A stretch of DNA of 64,000 nt from a virus. Both the position numbers and the translations under genes were made by a program. The stretch covers positions 79,800 to 143,799 of IMG/VR virus record IMGVR_UViG_3300033273_000282; one strand, given 5' to 3'. Position 1 is the stretch's first letter. Each line of letters opens with the position of its first letter. The notes below the pieces were generated by a model. The model did no database searches, was not told the origin of the DNA, and was given only the letters and a program-made list of their open reading frames with translations. This document shows positions 1 through 8,753 of the stretch, one piece after another.

Positions 1-219
1 GAGGAGATTGGTACCATTGGTACAGATAAGAAGGGTAGACTACTTGAACCTGTCATCAATGTGAAGGCAGTTGGTAACGTTAGACCTACTATTAAAGATC
101 CTACAGGATTTGGTGCGGAGATCGTACCTACATATAGTTACGTTGGACCTACCAAGTTCAAGGAAGTGTACAGCGTTAATGAATATGTTGACTGTGTTGG
201 TCACCCAGGAGTTAAATAA
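1..219 (+). CDS. C-terminal fragment of baseplate hub protein (gp5 N-terminal-part gene), partial
   Basis: Frame 1 reads EEIGTIGTDKKGRLLEPV...DPTGFGAEIVP...YVDCVGHPGVK*; the stop overlaps the next ATG; this ending is typical of cyanophage gp5-region proteins. Confidence 0.55.
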   Translation, partial: EEIGTIGTDKKGRLLEPVINVKAVGNVRPTIKDPTGFGAEIVPTYSYVGPTKFKEVYSVNEYVDCVGHPGVK

Positions 220-1217
220 TGGCACATAATGATCTCCATGCTAAGACCGAGGCGAGAGCCAAAGCAGCACAAACTCCAAGACCAGACACTTCGGTGGTTG
301 ATCTTCAGATGGGTGGGGGTACAGAAACTCCCAATACCAATCCACAATCAATCACAGAGTATCCCAAGAACTTTGTAAAGACCACATCTGCTGGTCATGT
401 CTTGGAACTGAACAACTCTGGCGGTGGTGAGCGAGTACGCTTTATCAATGGTGCTACTGGCTCTTTCTTTGACATGGGTCATGATGGTAAAACGTTTATT
501 CAATCTAAGAATGAACTACATCTTAAGTCGGATCATTCCACAACTATCACTGTTGGGAAGGATCTCAAGAAAGACAAACTTATTATCAAGGTTGTAGGTG
601 ATGCTCACCTCATGGTTGAGGGTGACCTACATACTGAGGTCAATGGAAACAAGTATGACCACATCTCTGGTGAGTGGAGAGTAGAATCGAAAGGCTCTAC
701 GTTCATTTCATCTAGAGAGAACATTGGTGTTGAGGCGGATAGCGAACTCCGTGTCATCGCTAATGAAGTTAACCAGAAAATGACATTCGCCAAAGTCGAT
801 ATGAAGGCTGGCGGACAGGTTGTCGAAGAAATTAACGGCAACCGTGTGATTAGAATGAGTAAAGAAGGTGGTACCTTTGCTATCGAGAGCGAGGGTGACC
901 TTCGATTTAATGTCAAGGGTTGTCGTTACGACAAGATTGGAAGAAATTACTTTACTGAAGTTCAGGGCAAAATCAAGATCAATGCGATTGGAGATGATGT
1001 CGATTGTATCGAAGGTGGTGCCCCTCCTGGAATGGATGTTGAAAAACCAGAAGATTCTCCCTATGGCAATCCAACTGGTTGGGAACTAACAACAGGTGAA
1101 ACTTCAGTACGCATTACAGCCGAAGACTTCTACATGGCTGCGAATGGATCAGCCAAGATGGAAGCAGGCGGTGACGAGTTTAAGATTGTCTGCGACAACG
1201 GTATCTACCTTAATTGA
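219..1217 (+). CDS. gp5: baseplate hub / gp5 C-terminal beta-helix spike protein
   Basis: TSAGHVLELNNSGGGERVRF resembles the gp5 SGH-x-E-x-DD-x-P-x-x-ER motif; V-x-G-D/N beta-helix repeats (VVGDAHLMVEGDLHTEVNGN). Confidence 0.75.
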   Translation: MAHNDLHAKTEARAKAAQTPRPDTSVVDLQMGGGTETPNTNPQSITEYPKNFVKTTSAGHVLELNNSGGGERVRFINGATGSFFDMGHDGKTFIQSKNELHLKSDHSTTITVGKDLKKDKLIIKVVGDAHLMVEGDLHTEVNGNKYDHISGEWRVESKGSTFISSRENIGVEADSELRVIANEVNQKMTFAKVDMKAGGQVVEEINGNRVIRMSKEGGTFAIESEGDLRFNVKGCRYDKIGRNYFTEVQGKIKINAIGDDVDCIEGGAPPGMDVEKPEDSPYGNPTGWELTTGETSVRITAEDFYMAANGSAKMEAGGDEFKIVCDNGIYLN

Positions 1218-1242
1218 CATTCACCCGTGAATGTTGTATAGT
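1214..1242 (+). promoter_or_regulatory. sigma70-type promoter with internal palindrome
   Basis: TTGACA-17bp-TATAGT; ACATTCAC-CC-GTGAATGT inverted repeat at 1217-1234. Confidence 0.75.
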
Positions 1243-1256
1243 AAAAAGCGTAACTA

Positions 1257-1547
1257 ATGTACGGTATGCCTTTAACATTACATCAGGCACACGTTCTTTC
1301 TTCATTCATCGAAGAGAAGTGTGATGAGTACGTGGAGGAACTGATGAAAGAAAAGTTTTCATCACCCCACGCAGACCAAACCCAAGCAGGGGCTTACTTC
1401 ATGACCACAAGGAGGGCGCTCTTGGCAACGAAGGAATACGCCGACAAGGTGATCCAACATGCCAAACTCCAAAGTGGCACAGCCACTAACGCAGGTTTCA
1501 TGTGGGTGCCCTATGATGTGGGGGAAGACAACGCCGAATCATCATGA
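1257..1547 (+). CDS. hypothetical protein
   Basis: 96-aa ORF directly downstream of the promoter. Confidence 0.6.
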   Translation: MYGMPLTLHQAHVLSSFIEEKCDEYVEELMKEKFSSPHADQTQAGAYFMTTRRALLATKEYADKVIQHAKLQSGTATNAGFMWVPYDVGEDNAESS

Positions 1548-1723
1548 CGAAAGAAACCTGCCTCTCCAAGTGTGTCGTGAACATCCCCACCCGCACTTTC
1601 ACTCTGTTCTCTGATGATGCCCAAGTCAAGGAGCTGGTGTGTGACTCCTCTGAGCAGTTTGAGCGTGTGCTCGATGTAGTCCGTTCCTCTTGTAACCACG
1701 ACGAAGTTCAATACATTTACTGA
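1544..1723 (+). CDS. small hypothetical protein (59 aa, below the ORF-track cutoff)
   Basis: [63 protein letters not shown] overlap with the upstream stop. Confidence 0.65.
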   Translation: MTKETCLSKCVVNIPTRTFTLFSDDAQVKELVCDSSEQFERVLDVVRSSCNHDEVQYIY

Positions 1724-1725
1724 TT

Positions 1726-2226
1726 ATGTCACAAGTAGTTGCCCTTGCGGAGATCCGTGAGGTTCTGAAGAACTCGAAGCGGGTCACCGATAAGGTACTG
1801 CTTCAAGTAGCCACCATTGCTATCAAAGAAACCCTAGGTGATCGTCTGACCGCAGAGATCACCATGGAGTCCAAGTTCGTAGACGATCTGGAAGCAGACT
1901 CTCTTGACCTTGTGGAACTGGTTATGTTCCTTGAGGAAGCCTTTGGTATCGAGATTCCTGATGAGTATTCGATGGAGATTGTCACCGTTGGTGATGCTAT
2001 CAAAGTCATCAAGGAATGTAAGAGGAACAAAGGCAAGAAGCGTAAGATCGACAAGTCTAAGTATCTTAAGAAGCCTAACCCAGAAGGTCCTATTGGACAG
2101 ACTCCCAAGCAGTTCCGTGGTGACGCTACTGCCAAGAAAACCCAAGAAATCGCAGATGAAATCGAAAAGTTTTTATCAGAACCTGACCCTTACGAAGGTG
2201 GAGACGACTCCAAAGCTGGTGGATGA
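1726..2226 (+). CDS. acpP: acyl carrier protein with basic C-terminal extension
   Basis: [30 protein letters not shown]...IVTVGDAI is the ACP signature with the phosphopantetheine-attachment DSL serine intact. Confidence 0.92.
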   Translation: MSQVVALAEIREVLKNSKRVTDKVLLQVATIAIKETLGDRLTAEITMESKFVDDLEADSLDLVELVMFLEEAFGIEIPDEYSMEIVTVGDAIKVIKECKRNKGKKRKIDKSKYLKKPNPEGPIGQTPKQFRGDATAKKTQEIADEIEKFLSEPDPYEGGDDSKAGG

Positions 2227-2386
2227 ATCCAATCAAGCTTTGTATCGTGCTACAATGAACGTACCTAACGCTGCTGCTCATTGTGGCATGACAAAGCGTG
2301 AGATGAAGATGACGTTTAGAGAGTTTCTCAAGCACCATCCACCAGACTATAAGAACATGGAACAGTTGGAATTGGTAATGAAATGA
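2198..2386 (+). CDS. small hypothetical protein (possible HTH)
   Basis: 3' part of track ORF 1904..2386; likely GTG start at 2198; [31 protein letters not shown]. Confidence 0.55.
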   Translation: METTPKLVDESNQALYRATMNVPNAAAHCGMTKREMKMTFREFLKHHPPDYKNMEQLELVMK

Positions 2387-3120
2387 AGACTAAGAAGGTA
2401 TATTATAACTATGTCCTGGCAGGGTCTGAGGAGTCTTTCCTCGACCCTAAGGAGATTGACTTCTTCGCAGAAGATTACTTTGAGCCTCCTAGTCCTGCTC
2501 TCAAAGGATATGACATGGGGTATCGCCATGCTAAATGTCCAGCATGGAAAGAGTATTATAAGAATACCTTCGCGCTTCATCAAACTTTTCCTTTAGGTAT
2601 AAAATATAGATCTGCCGATAAATATCTTGAGTCTAACTTATCCCAAGACTGTTTCGACCAATACTTTATGTTGGGCGATGGTTGGCTCGACGGGGAACAC
2701 CCCGAGATACAATTCAAACAAGGTTATTGTTTCTGGACAGAAGATAAGGATGTATGGATTGAACAGTTCCAACACCCTGAAATGACTAGACTCGGATTAG
2801 ACGTTGTATGTGGTACATTTCCTATTTCAGTATGGCAACGTCCGATCAACCTTGGATTCAAAATCACAAAGTATGACCAAAACATCTGGCTCCCAAAAGG
2901 AGCGCCTCTCTGCTATGTACGCTTTAGTTCAGCAAGAACTAGAGATGTCAAAATCATCCTTGAAAAACGACCAGTCCCTGAAAGAGTGGCTAAGCGACAG
3001 CTACAGGATCTCTGGCTCAAGGACTGGCACAACAACTACTCATGGGACTTAATTAAGCAGAGACTTAAAAAAGAGGAGGAGAGCAGCAAGTGCCCCTTCT
3101 CATCACTTTGGAGAAAGTAA
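2383..3120 (+). CDS. hypothetical protein (CPA-motif, beta-rich)
   Basis: 245-aa ORF, translationally coupled; KCPAWKEY...GTFPISVWQRPIN...KGAPLCYVRF. Confidence 0.7.
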   Translation: MKTKKVYYNYVLAGSEESFLDPKEIDFFAEDYFEPPSPALKGYDMGYRHAKCPAWKEYYKNTFALHQTFPLGIKYRSADKYLESNLSQDCFDQYFMLGDGWLDGEHPEIQFKQGYCFWTEDKDVWIEQFQHPEMTRLGLDVVCGTFPISVWQRPINLGFKITKYDQNIWLPKGAPLCYVRFSSARTRDVKIILEKRPVPERVAKRQLQDLWLKDWHNNYSWDLIKQRLKKEEESSKCPFSSLWRK

Positions 3121-3392
3121 TGTCAGAAACCCTCTTTAAGTTACACTGGGACTATAGGAATCTTGAAGGTGTAGGCACCGTCAAGATGTTCTATCTTAAC
3201 GGTATGCCATTCACCTTTGATGATGAGGACATTCCCGTCATTGACGAGGTGGCAAAGTTGCTGGCAGAACAGAAACCAATTATCACACATGAGGAAATCT
3301 ATAAGGGTTCCTCATATCTCATTGAAGAGGGTTTACACCCTCTCCTCGATGCTGTAGACTTGGATAACTGTTCAGAGTTGCCCTTGGAATGA
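3120..3392 (+). CDS. hypothetical protein
   Basis: ATG at 3120 overlaps the upstream stop; VKMFYLNGMPFTFDD. Confidence 0.65.
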   Translation: MSETLFKLHWDYRNLEGVGTVKMFYLNGMPFTFDDEDIPVIDEVAKLLAEQKPIITHEEIYKGSSYLIEEGLHPLLDAVDLDNCSELPLE

Positions 3393-3538
3393 AAGCCACA
3401 CTAACTGTTGATGACGATGGTATCCTGACATTTCCCCCTGAGATGCTCGAAGAGCTTGGGTGGAAAGAGGGTGATATGCTAGAGTGGATTGACAACAACG
3501 ATGGTTCTTTCACACTGAAGAAGCATGAAAGAGTTTGA
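3389..3538 (+). CDS. AbrB/MazE-like swapped-hairpin small protein
   Basis: MKATLTVDDDGILTFPPEMLEELGWKEGDMLEWIDNNDGSFTLKK matches the AbrB-family pattern; 49 aa, not in track. Confidence 0.7.
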   Translation: MKATLTVDDDGILTFPPEMLEELGWKEGDMLEWIDNNDGSFTLKKHERV

Positions 3539-3986
3539 TTATGACCTCGACTATAAGTCACTTGACTTTACAAATCCAGAAACTCGCAAACTTTATCGTA
3601 TTGGAAGGGGAGAGCAAGGAGTTCTACTGGTACGCCCTTATACAGACGACATTTGTACTCACTGGAGGTTTGTAGATGAGGTTACGGCTCACAAATCTGC
3701 TAATAAAATATACTCCATGTTCTGTGACTACAAGTCCAGACAAGATTTCATTGGCATGGACATGGCTAGGAAGTTCCTTGAAATGGGATTTACTCGCGCC
3801 CGACGATATGCTAATCATAGTTCGGGGAAAAAGTATGACTCCAAGGGTAATATCCGTCCCCAAGAGTCAGACTGGGCAACAAGTGAAAAGGCTAAATCCG
3901 CCAAAGTCTTTAAGCAAAAGAGAGACTTGGCAGCTAAAGATCCGATTTATTTGGAGATGAGACAAAAGTGGCGCAAAGCAGAGTGA
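3525..3986 (+). CDS. DUF4385 family protein
   Basis: YRIGRGEQGVLLVRPY...GMDMARKFLEMGFTRARRYANH signature. Confidence 0.85.
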   Translation: MKEFDYDLDYKSLDFTNPETRKLYRIGRGEQGVLLVRPYTDDICTHWRFVDEVTAHKSANKIYSMFCDYKSRQDFIGMDMARKFLEMGFTRARRYANHSSGKKYDSKGNIRPQESDWATSEKAKSAKVFKQKRDLAAKDPIYLEMRQKWRKAE

Positions 3987-4546
3987 CAGTGGTTAAGCAA
4001 CTCCCCGATGAGTTGTTTTCGGAATTGAAAGAGACATGTGCTAAGCGTCGCTTAGATGAAGAGTGGAACTTGGCTGACCGTTTGGTTGGTGCTATGCTTC
4101 AGCAGTCTAGTCTTGAGGTGTCGTCAGCACTTCAAGACTGGATTGTTGACCAAACGTCAAATCTATGGTACGATATTAAGGCAACGTGTCCATGGAACCC
4201 AAATTATTTTTTCCGAGATTATTTGAGACTCAGGGATTTGTGGGTGAACTACCAACGACCTGGAGAGTTTAACCCAGTACACTGTCACAATGGTGTTGTA
4301 AGTTTTGTCATCTTTGTAGACATTCCTTACGGTGCTAGCGAACGTCAGTATCATCGGGCAAGCGGCAACTTCCAACTGGAAGATCAGATACTCGATGTAG
4401 ATGCTAAATGGAATGGAACACTACTCATGTTCCCTTCTTACACTCAGCACGCAGTATATCCTTATCAATCCACCGATAAAGAACGCATTACTGTTGCTGG
4501 TAATATCTATTGGAATGTCGATGAAGTGGAGGATCAATGGTGGTAA
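3983..4546 (+). CDS. 2OG-Fe(II) oxygenase family protein
   Basis: WVNYQRPGEFNPVHCH...LMFPSYTQHAVYP...RITVAGN; GTG start at 3983 overlapping the upstream stop is inferred. Confidence 0.85.
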   Translation: MTVVKQLPDELFSELKETCAKRRLDEEWNLADRLVGAMLQQSSLEVSSALQDWIVDQTSNLWYDIKATCPWNPNYFFRDYLRLRDLWVNYQRPGEFNPVHCHNGVVSFVIFVDIPYGASERQYHRASGNFQLEDQILDVDAKWNGTLLMFPSYTQHAVYPYQSTDKERITVAGNIYWNVDEVEDQWW

Positions 4547-4561
4547 TAAATACTGAGGTGC

Positions 4562-4633
4562 GCCAGTTTAGCTCAGTGGTAGAGCAGCTGTCTTGTAAAC
4601 AGCAGGTCACTGGTTCAAGTCCTGTAACTGGCT
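4562..4633 (+). tRNA. tRNA-Thr(TGT)
   Basis: GCCAGTT/AACTGGC acceptor stem, GCTC/GAGC D arm, GCTGT-CTTGTAA-ACAGC anticodon arm, TTCAAGT T loop; no encoded CCA. Confidence 0.93.
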
Positions 4634-4647
4634 CTGATATTTCTCCT

Positions 4648-4818
4648 ATGAATGTCAATCTCTGGTACTGTGAGTCTATGAAGCAATGGCGTTGGTCATT
4701 GACTGATGAAAAAGACTGTATGCGCCAAGAGACTGGACAACGACCATTTCTTAGAGATGCTATGAATGATGTTGCTAACACTGTTGAGTATCTACTAAAA
4801 ACTAAGCAGGAAGAGTGA
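4648..4818 (+). CDS. small hypothetical protein
   Basis: MNVNLWYCESMKQWRWSLTD...; start at the ATG after the tRNA (the track start lies upstream of the tRNA). Confidence 0.65.
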   Translation: MNVNLWYCESMKQWRWSLTDEKDCMRQETGQRPFLRDAMNDVANTVEYLLKTKQEE

Positions 4819-4897
4819 TAGACGAAAATACCCCAGAAAAACTAAGAGTGATTATTATGGACACATGGCCAAATCTGTTTAGACCACCTAAACTTCC

Positions 4898-5239
4898 ATG
4901 GGATACTACGACACCATCTTCTCCTCATACGATCTCGGACCAGGATTCTGGAACCGAACACTCAAAACCGACAACTTAGATAACATATTCAGTGAGTATT
5001 GGATCGATCCTAAAGGAAGACTCTGGAGCATCGATTATACTGGCACATATGATTTTGAGGACAATGGCAACTTTAAGGTTGTCAAGTCTACAAACAACGG
5101 TAGGGTCTTACCATTCAATCTCACCAAACAAATTGAGGTTTATCCTGCTGTGTGGGCGTCTTGGTACTCTCCAACGCCCAGAGCCATAGTTAATTTTGAG
5201 TATGGTATTGTCACAAACTGTTTCTATGCGGGTAACTAA
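4898..5239 (+). CDS. hypothetical protein
   Basis: 113-aa ORF, YWIDPKGRLWSIDYTGT. Confidence 0.65.
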   Translation: MGYYDTIFSSYDLGPGFWNRTLKTDNLDNIFSEYWIDPKGRLWSIDYTGTYDFEDNGNFKVVKSTNNGRVLPFNLTKQIEVYPAVWASWYSPTPRAIVNFEYGIVTNCFYAGN

Positions 5240-5261
5240 ATAAATCGTGTGAAGGAAGTGC

Positions 5262-5293
5262 GAAAGGGGGTCTTGACGACCCCCTTTCTTTTT
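5262..5293 (+). terminator. intrinsic terminator
   Basis: GAAAGGGGGTC-TTGAC-GACCCCCTTTC hairpin followed by a T run. Confidence 0.85.
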
Positions 5294-5301
5294 GCTATGA
5301 T
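5273..5301 (+). promoter_or_regulatory. sigma70-type promoter overlapping the terminator
   Basis: TTGACG-17bp-TATGAT with extended TG. Confidence 0.7.
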
Positions 5302-5323
5302 GGGTTGGTAAGCGATAAATGAC

Positions 5324-5593
5324 ATGACTATCGAAGAACGCCCTGCTTTCGCAAGTATCAATAAAACTTATGCGGCTCAGCGTAGAGATCGCATGAGTGA
5401 CTGTATCGGTGATTATTTGAACGATGAGGAAGTGGATCCCAGGCAGTGTTATGAGGAGATGCTGGCAGATATTCAGTCTTGGATTGATTATCATGAAAAT
5501 AACCTGAGGCGAGCAACGACTCTCAAATCCCTGATGATGGGTAATCGTGAGATTGATCTCGATACATACAAAGAGATTCCTGAGCGATTCTAA
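5324..5593 (+). CDS. hypothetical protein
   Basis: 89-aa ORF after the promoter. Confidence 0.65.
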   Translation: MTIEERPAFASINKTYAAQRRDRMSDCIGDYLNDEEVDPRQCYEEMLADIQSWIDYHENNLRRATTLKSLMMGNREIDLDTYKEIPERF

Positions 5594-5772
5594 TGGGTAA
5601 GTACGAAGATCTGGACCAGTATGAGCTAGCCATCGTTCACTTTGGAAACCGAGTAGAAGTTATCTGTGCCATGGAAATGGCAGGCAAGTTGGAATTTAAT
5701 TCTGCGTTTGACTTAATTAAGGCAGAATATAAAGAACTGAAGAAAATCAGAAAAAAGTATGAATCTGATTAA
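5593..5772 (+). CDS. small hypothetical protein
   Basis: MGKYEDLDQYELAIVHFGNRVEVICAMEMAGKLEFNSAFDLIKAEYKELKKIRKKYESD*; coupled start; not in track. Confidence 0.65.
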   Translation: MGKYEDLDQYELAIVHFGNRVEVICAMEMAGKLEFNSAFDLIKAEYKELKKIRKKYESD

Positions 5773-6337
5773 CTTATTCCCCACACCAATAATCCATACT
5801 GAAATTGCTCCCAGGGAAAAGTTGCTCTGGTTTGCCCGCGAGTATTCCAAGGAAGGTGCCCACGATCCTAACTCTAGCAGCGCAGGATGGCACTCACAAT
5901 ATGATCTCCATCTTAAGCCAGAGTTTGGTGTATTTTGGGATGATATTTGGTATGAGATTACACACGCTGCCTATCATTTGGTAAGCGATGAGCATGAGAT
6001 TGTTCCTGCTTCAATGTGGTTGAATAAGAATGATCCTGGGGATTATAATGTATCCCACAAGCATTATAAAGTAGATCTATCTGGTGTATTGTGGCTTCAA
6101 ACACCACCAAAGTCAGGTAGAATTGTTTTTGAAAATCATAACGACATTACTCGTTACAACCTAATTGATAAATCTGATAGGGATTATCAAAACGCAGCAT
6201 CATTTCACCATACCGTATGGTTTGAACCAGTAGAGTGGAACATGATAATTTTTCCTGCTGATCTGCGTCACAGTGTTGAGCGTAACATGTCAAATGAATC
6301 TAGACTATCTCTTGGATTTAACCTGAACGTTATATGA
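5759..6337 (+). CDS. 2OG-Fe(II) oxygenase (TIGR02466-like)
   Basis: LFPTPI...MWLNKNDPGDYNVSHKH...LSGVLWL...IIFPADLRHSV...RLSLGFN. Confidence 0.88.
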   Translation: MNLINLFPTPIIHTEIAPREKLLWFAREYSKEGAHDPNSSSAGWHSQYDLHLKPEFGVFWDDIWYEITHAAYHLVSDEHEIVPASMWLNKNDPGDYNVSHKHYKVDLSGVLWLQTPPKSGRIVFENHNDITRYNLIDKSDRDYQNAASFHHTVWFEPVEWNMIIFPADLRHSVERNMSNESRLSLGFNLNVI

Positions 6338-6528
6338 AGCCAGATATTCAACAATACTTCTCCTATCAATATGACCCCTGTGGTCATTTACATGTTAGAA
6401 TACATAAAGACTTTATTGATGAACTTGGTTGGTCAAATAAAGACTTAGAGTTATCCTTCGGTGGTATTCGTAAGATGAACGACTGGGGGAGTGATGCTAC
6501 CCTAACCTTACACAAGAAAAATGCTTGA
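6334..6528 (+). CDS. small hypothetical protein (AbrB-like)
   Basis: GHLHVRIHKDFIDELGW; coupled to both neighbours. Confidence 0.55.
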   Translation: MKPDIQQYFSYQYDPCGHLHVRIHKDFIDELGWSNKDLELSFGGIRKMNDWGSDATLTLHKKNA

Positions 6529-6955
6529 CGAGTTTATAGAGTGGTTTGAAGGTAACTACAACAACTGGAAGCAAGCGTCCAGTTGGCCGAGTCACTATGC
6601 TCACATTTTACTCAAACATGAACGAATTGATGATAATACGTTCTATTGTGAGCAAAAGTTCAAACACGACGGGCAAATCTACCGTAAGAAAGAGATCAAA
6701 CTAGAGTGGGTGGGTGATGAGATCATTGCCTGCAACCCAGTTTGTGACATTCATTTTCACAGAGTTCCTTCACCTGAAGGATGGGCATATGTTGGTAGAA
6801 ATATCAAGAGTCCATTTGTGAATGGTGGGTATCTTCGCAGTGAAGCCATCCTCCAATACAACAAATATATTGTTATTGACAGGGGTTACGATGAGAAGGG
6901 AAAGCAGGTATGGGGAAGTGAATATGGTCCATTCGTCTTTGATAAAAAGGTATAA
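6521..6955 (+). CDS. cpeT: CpeT/CpcT-type phycobilin lyase
   Basis: F..WFEGNYNNWKQA..WPSHYAHI...YR...IDRGYDEKGKQVWGSEYGPFVF signature of T-type lyases. Confidence 0.88.
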   Translation: MLDEFIEWFEGNYNNWKQASSWPSHYAHILLKHERIDDNTFYCEQKFKHDGQIYRKKEIKLEWVGDEIIACNPVCDIHFHRVPSPEGWAYVGRNIKSPFVNGGYLRSEAILQYNKYIVIDRGYDEKGKQVWGSEYGPFVFDKKV

Positions 6956-6958
6956 ATA
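6951..6958 (+). promoter_or_regulatory. T4-type late promoter
   Basis: TATAAATA upstream of the virion gene block. Confidence 0.8.
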
Positions 6959-6986
6959 ACACAGAAGATCTTCATGTAGGGACAGC

Positions 6987-8747
6987 GTGGCAACTCGCAA
7001 AATATCAGACCTAACCCTACTGACTGATGTTTCAAGCTCAGATACTCTGCTGCTGCTTGATAATTCAGATCCAGTAGATACTAATAAAAAGTCATTAGTT
7101 GGCTCAATCTTCAAAGCTGTACCTGGAGGCACTCAAAACGCCCCTGGTCTTTCCATTGAGCTGAAGACTGCTACTGGTGTCTATTCCGAAACCCAAGGAT
7201 CCATTGGATTCTCTATGGGTGATGCGAAACTTCAACTTGAAAAGCAATCCACCTCACTGATTATCTCTGCTAGAGATAGTGCGGATGCTAACCTGGACCT
7301 TTCTTTCCAGGCTCTTGGTACTGGTACTATTAGATTCAACTCACCTATCGCCATTGACGATAGTGTGTTCCAGTTGCCTAATAGTTCTGACCAAACAAAA
7401 GTTGTTAAGTTCTCTGCTGCTCAGATTCCTACTGGAGTAACTAGAACCTTTGTTCTTCCTGATCCTGGTGCTACTGACACTATTGTCACACTCACCACGA
7501 CTCAGACACTTACCAACAAAACCCTGACTTCGCCTATTATTACAGGCAGTCTTCAGGGTGAGAGCCTAACCCTCACTGGTAATCTTCAGGTAGATAACAA
7601 CACAACCCTTGGTTCTTCTCCTGTTGATACTCTGGCTGTTACTGCTACATCTACATTTAACAGTAACACAACTTTCAACCAAGTGATGACTGTGAACGCA
7701 GTCTCCACTCACGCTGAGAATATCAGATTCAACGTCAATAGTGATACACAATTATATAAATCTCTTGAGTGGTTTGACGCAGCACAAGCAACTAACGCAG
7801 GTAAAGTAGTTCTTGATGCTCAGGTACAGTCTAGTGAAGCAACTCGCTACGCTGACTTTACCTACTATGATAGAGACACAGACTATACTTCCACAGATAC
7901 ATCTTACGGACTGAGAATTGCCAGCATTGGCTATACTCTCCCCCAGGCAACTGTCGTACTTAATGGTGACGCAGTTGATAGTTTTGTTATTAACGATCCT
8001 GGATCTGGTCTGTTGGGAACAGTAACCGCTACTATTTCAGGTGATGGAACTAACGCCCAGGTTACACCAGTTATTATCAACGGTCAACTCAGCAGCATCA
8101 CAGTTGATGCTGGCGGCGCTAACTACACTACTGCTACTATTAGTTTCAGTGCTAGCGGTGGTGCTCTTGAGTATCGTACTTATGACTACACTGGTACCGC
8201 AGAATCTAAGCATACTCTTATTCACACTGGTAACCTAGAACTGATCAGTCAGATTGGCTCTATTACTAATCTGGTTACTACTGGTGATGTCAACTTTGAC
8301 GGGGGTACATTCCGACTCGATTCTGCTAACAATCGTATTGGTATTAACCGTGCTCCTGCTGCTTACGACCTTGAAGTTGCTGGAGATATATACTTTGAGG
8401 GTACAAGCCTCATTGGTGGTGACAACACAAGTTTCGTCATTAAGAAGAGACTTCAGTCGATTCCTCTCACCTTCGCTGACTATTCTGGCGCAACCGAGAT
8501 GATCATCGATACCAGCGGAGACGTTGGTATTGGTAAGCTTCCAACTGCTAAACTCGACGTTGCTGGTAGTGCTGCGATTCAAGGTGATCTGTCAGTTAAT
8601 GAAACTGATCCAGTTAATAAACTTGGTGGCGGTATTACCGCTAAGAGAATTAACCTGATTGACCTCAACAATCAGACTCAAACTATTACATCGGAACAGA
8701 TTGCTGCTTCTAGCAGACTCAAGACCTACTTCCACGCATATTCTTAA
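6987..8747 (+). CDS. virion structural / tail fibre-associated protein
   Basis: MATRKISDLT N-terminus, Thr/Gly-rich, RIGIN/VGIG fibre motifs, follows a late promoter. Confidence 0.75.
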   Translation: MATRKISDLTLLTDVSSSDTLLLLDNSDPVDTNKKSLVGSIFKAVPGGTQNAPGLSIELKTATGVYSETQGSIGFSMGDAKLQLEKQSTSLIISARDSADANLDLSFQALGTGTIRFNSPIAIDDSVFQLPNSSDQTKVVKFSAAQIPTGVTRTFVLPDPGATDTIVTLTTTQTLTNKTLTSPIITGSLQGESLTLTGNLQVDNNTTLGSSPVDTLAVTATSTFNSNTTFNQVMTVNAVSTHAENIRFNVNSDTQLYKSLEWFDAAQATNAGKVVLDAQVQSSEATRYADFTYYDRDTDYTSTDTSYGLRIASIGYTLPQATVVLNGDAVDSFVINDPGSGLLGTVTATISGDGTNAQVTPVIINGQLSSITVDAGGANYTTATISFSASGGALEYRTYDYTGTAESKHTLIHTGNLELISQIGSITNLVTTGDVNFDGGTFRLDSANNRIGINRAPAAYDLEVAGDIYFEGTSLIGGDNTSFVIKKRLQSIPLTFADYSGATEMIIDTSGDVGIGKLPTAKLDVAGSAAIQGDLSVNETDPVNKLGGGITAKRINLIDLNNQTQTITSEQIAASSRLKTYFHAYS

Positions 8748-8753
8748 TTACTC

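Noticed and set aside
3389..3986. AbrB-like gene + DUF4385 as a toxin-antitoxin pair
   Set aside because: No toxin motif recognised in DUF4385; solo AbrB-like genes are common in these phages
4537..4647. Track ORF running through the tRNA
   Set aside because: The 5' part is the tRNA; the real start is probably 4648
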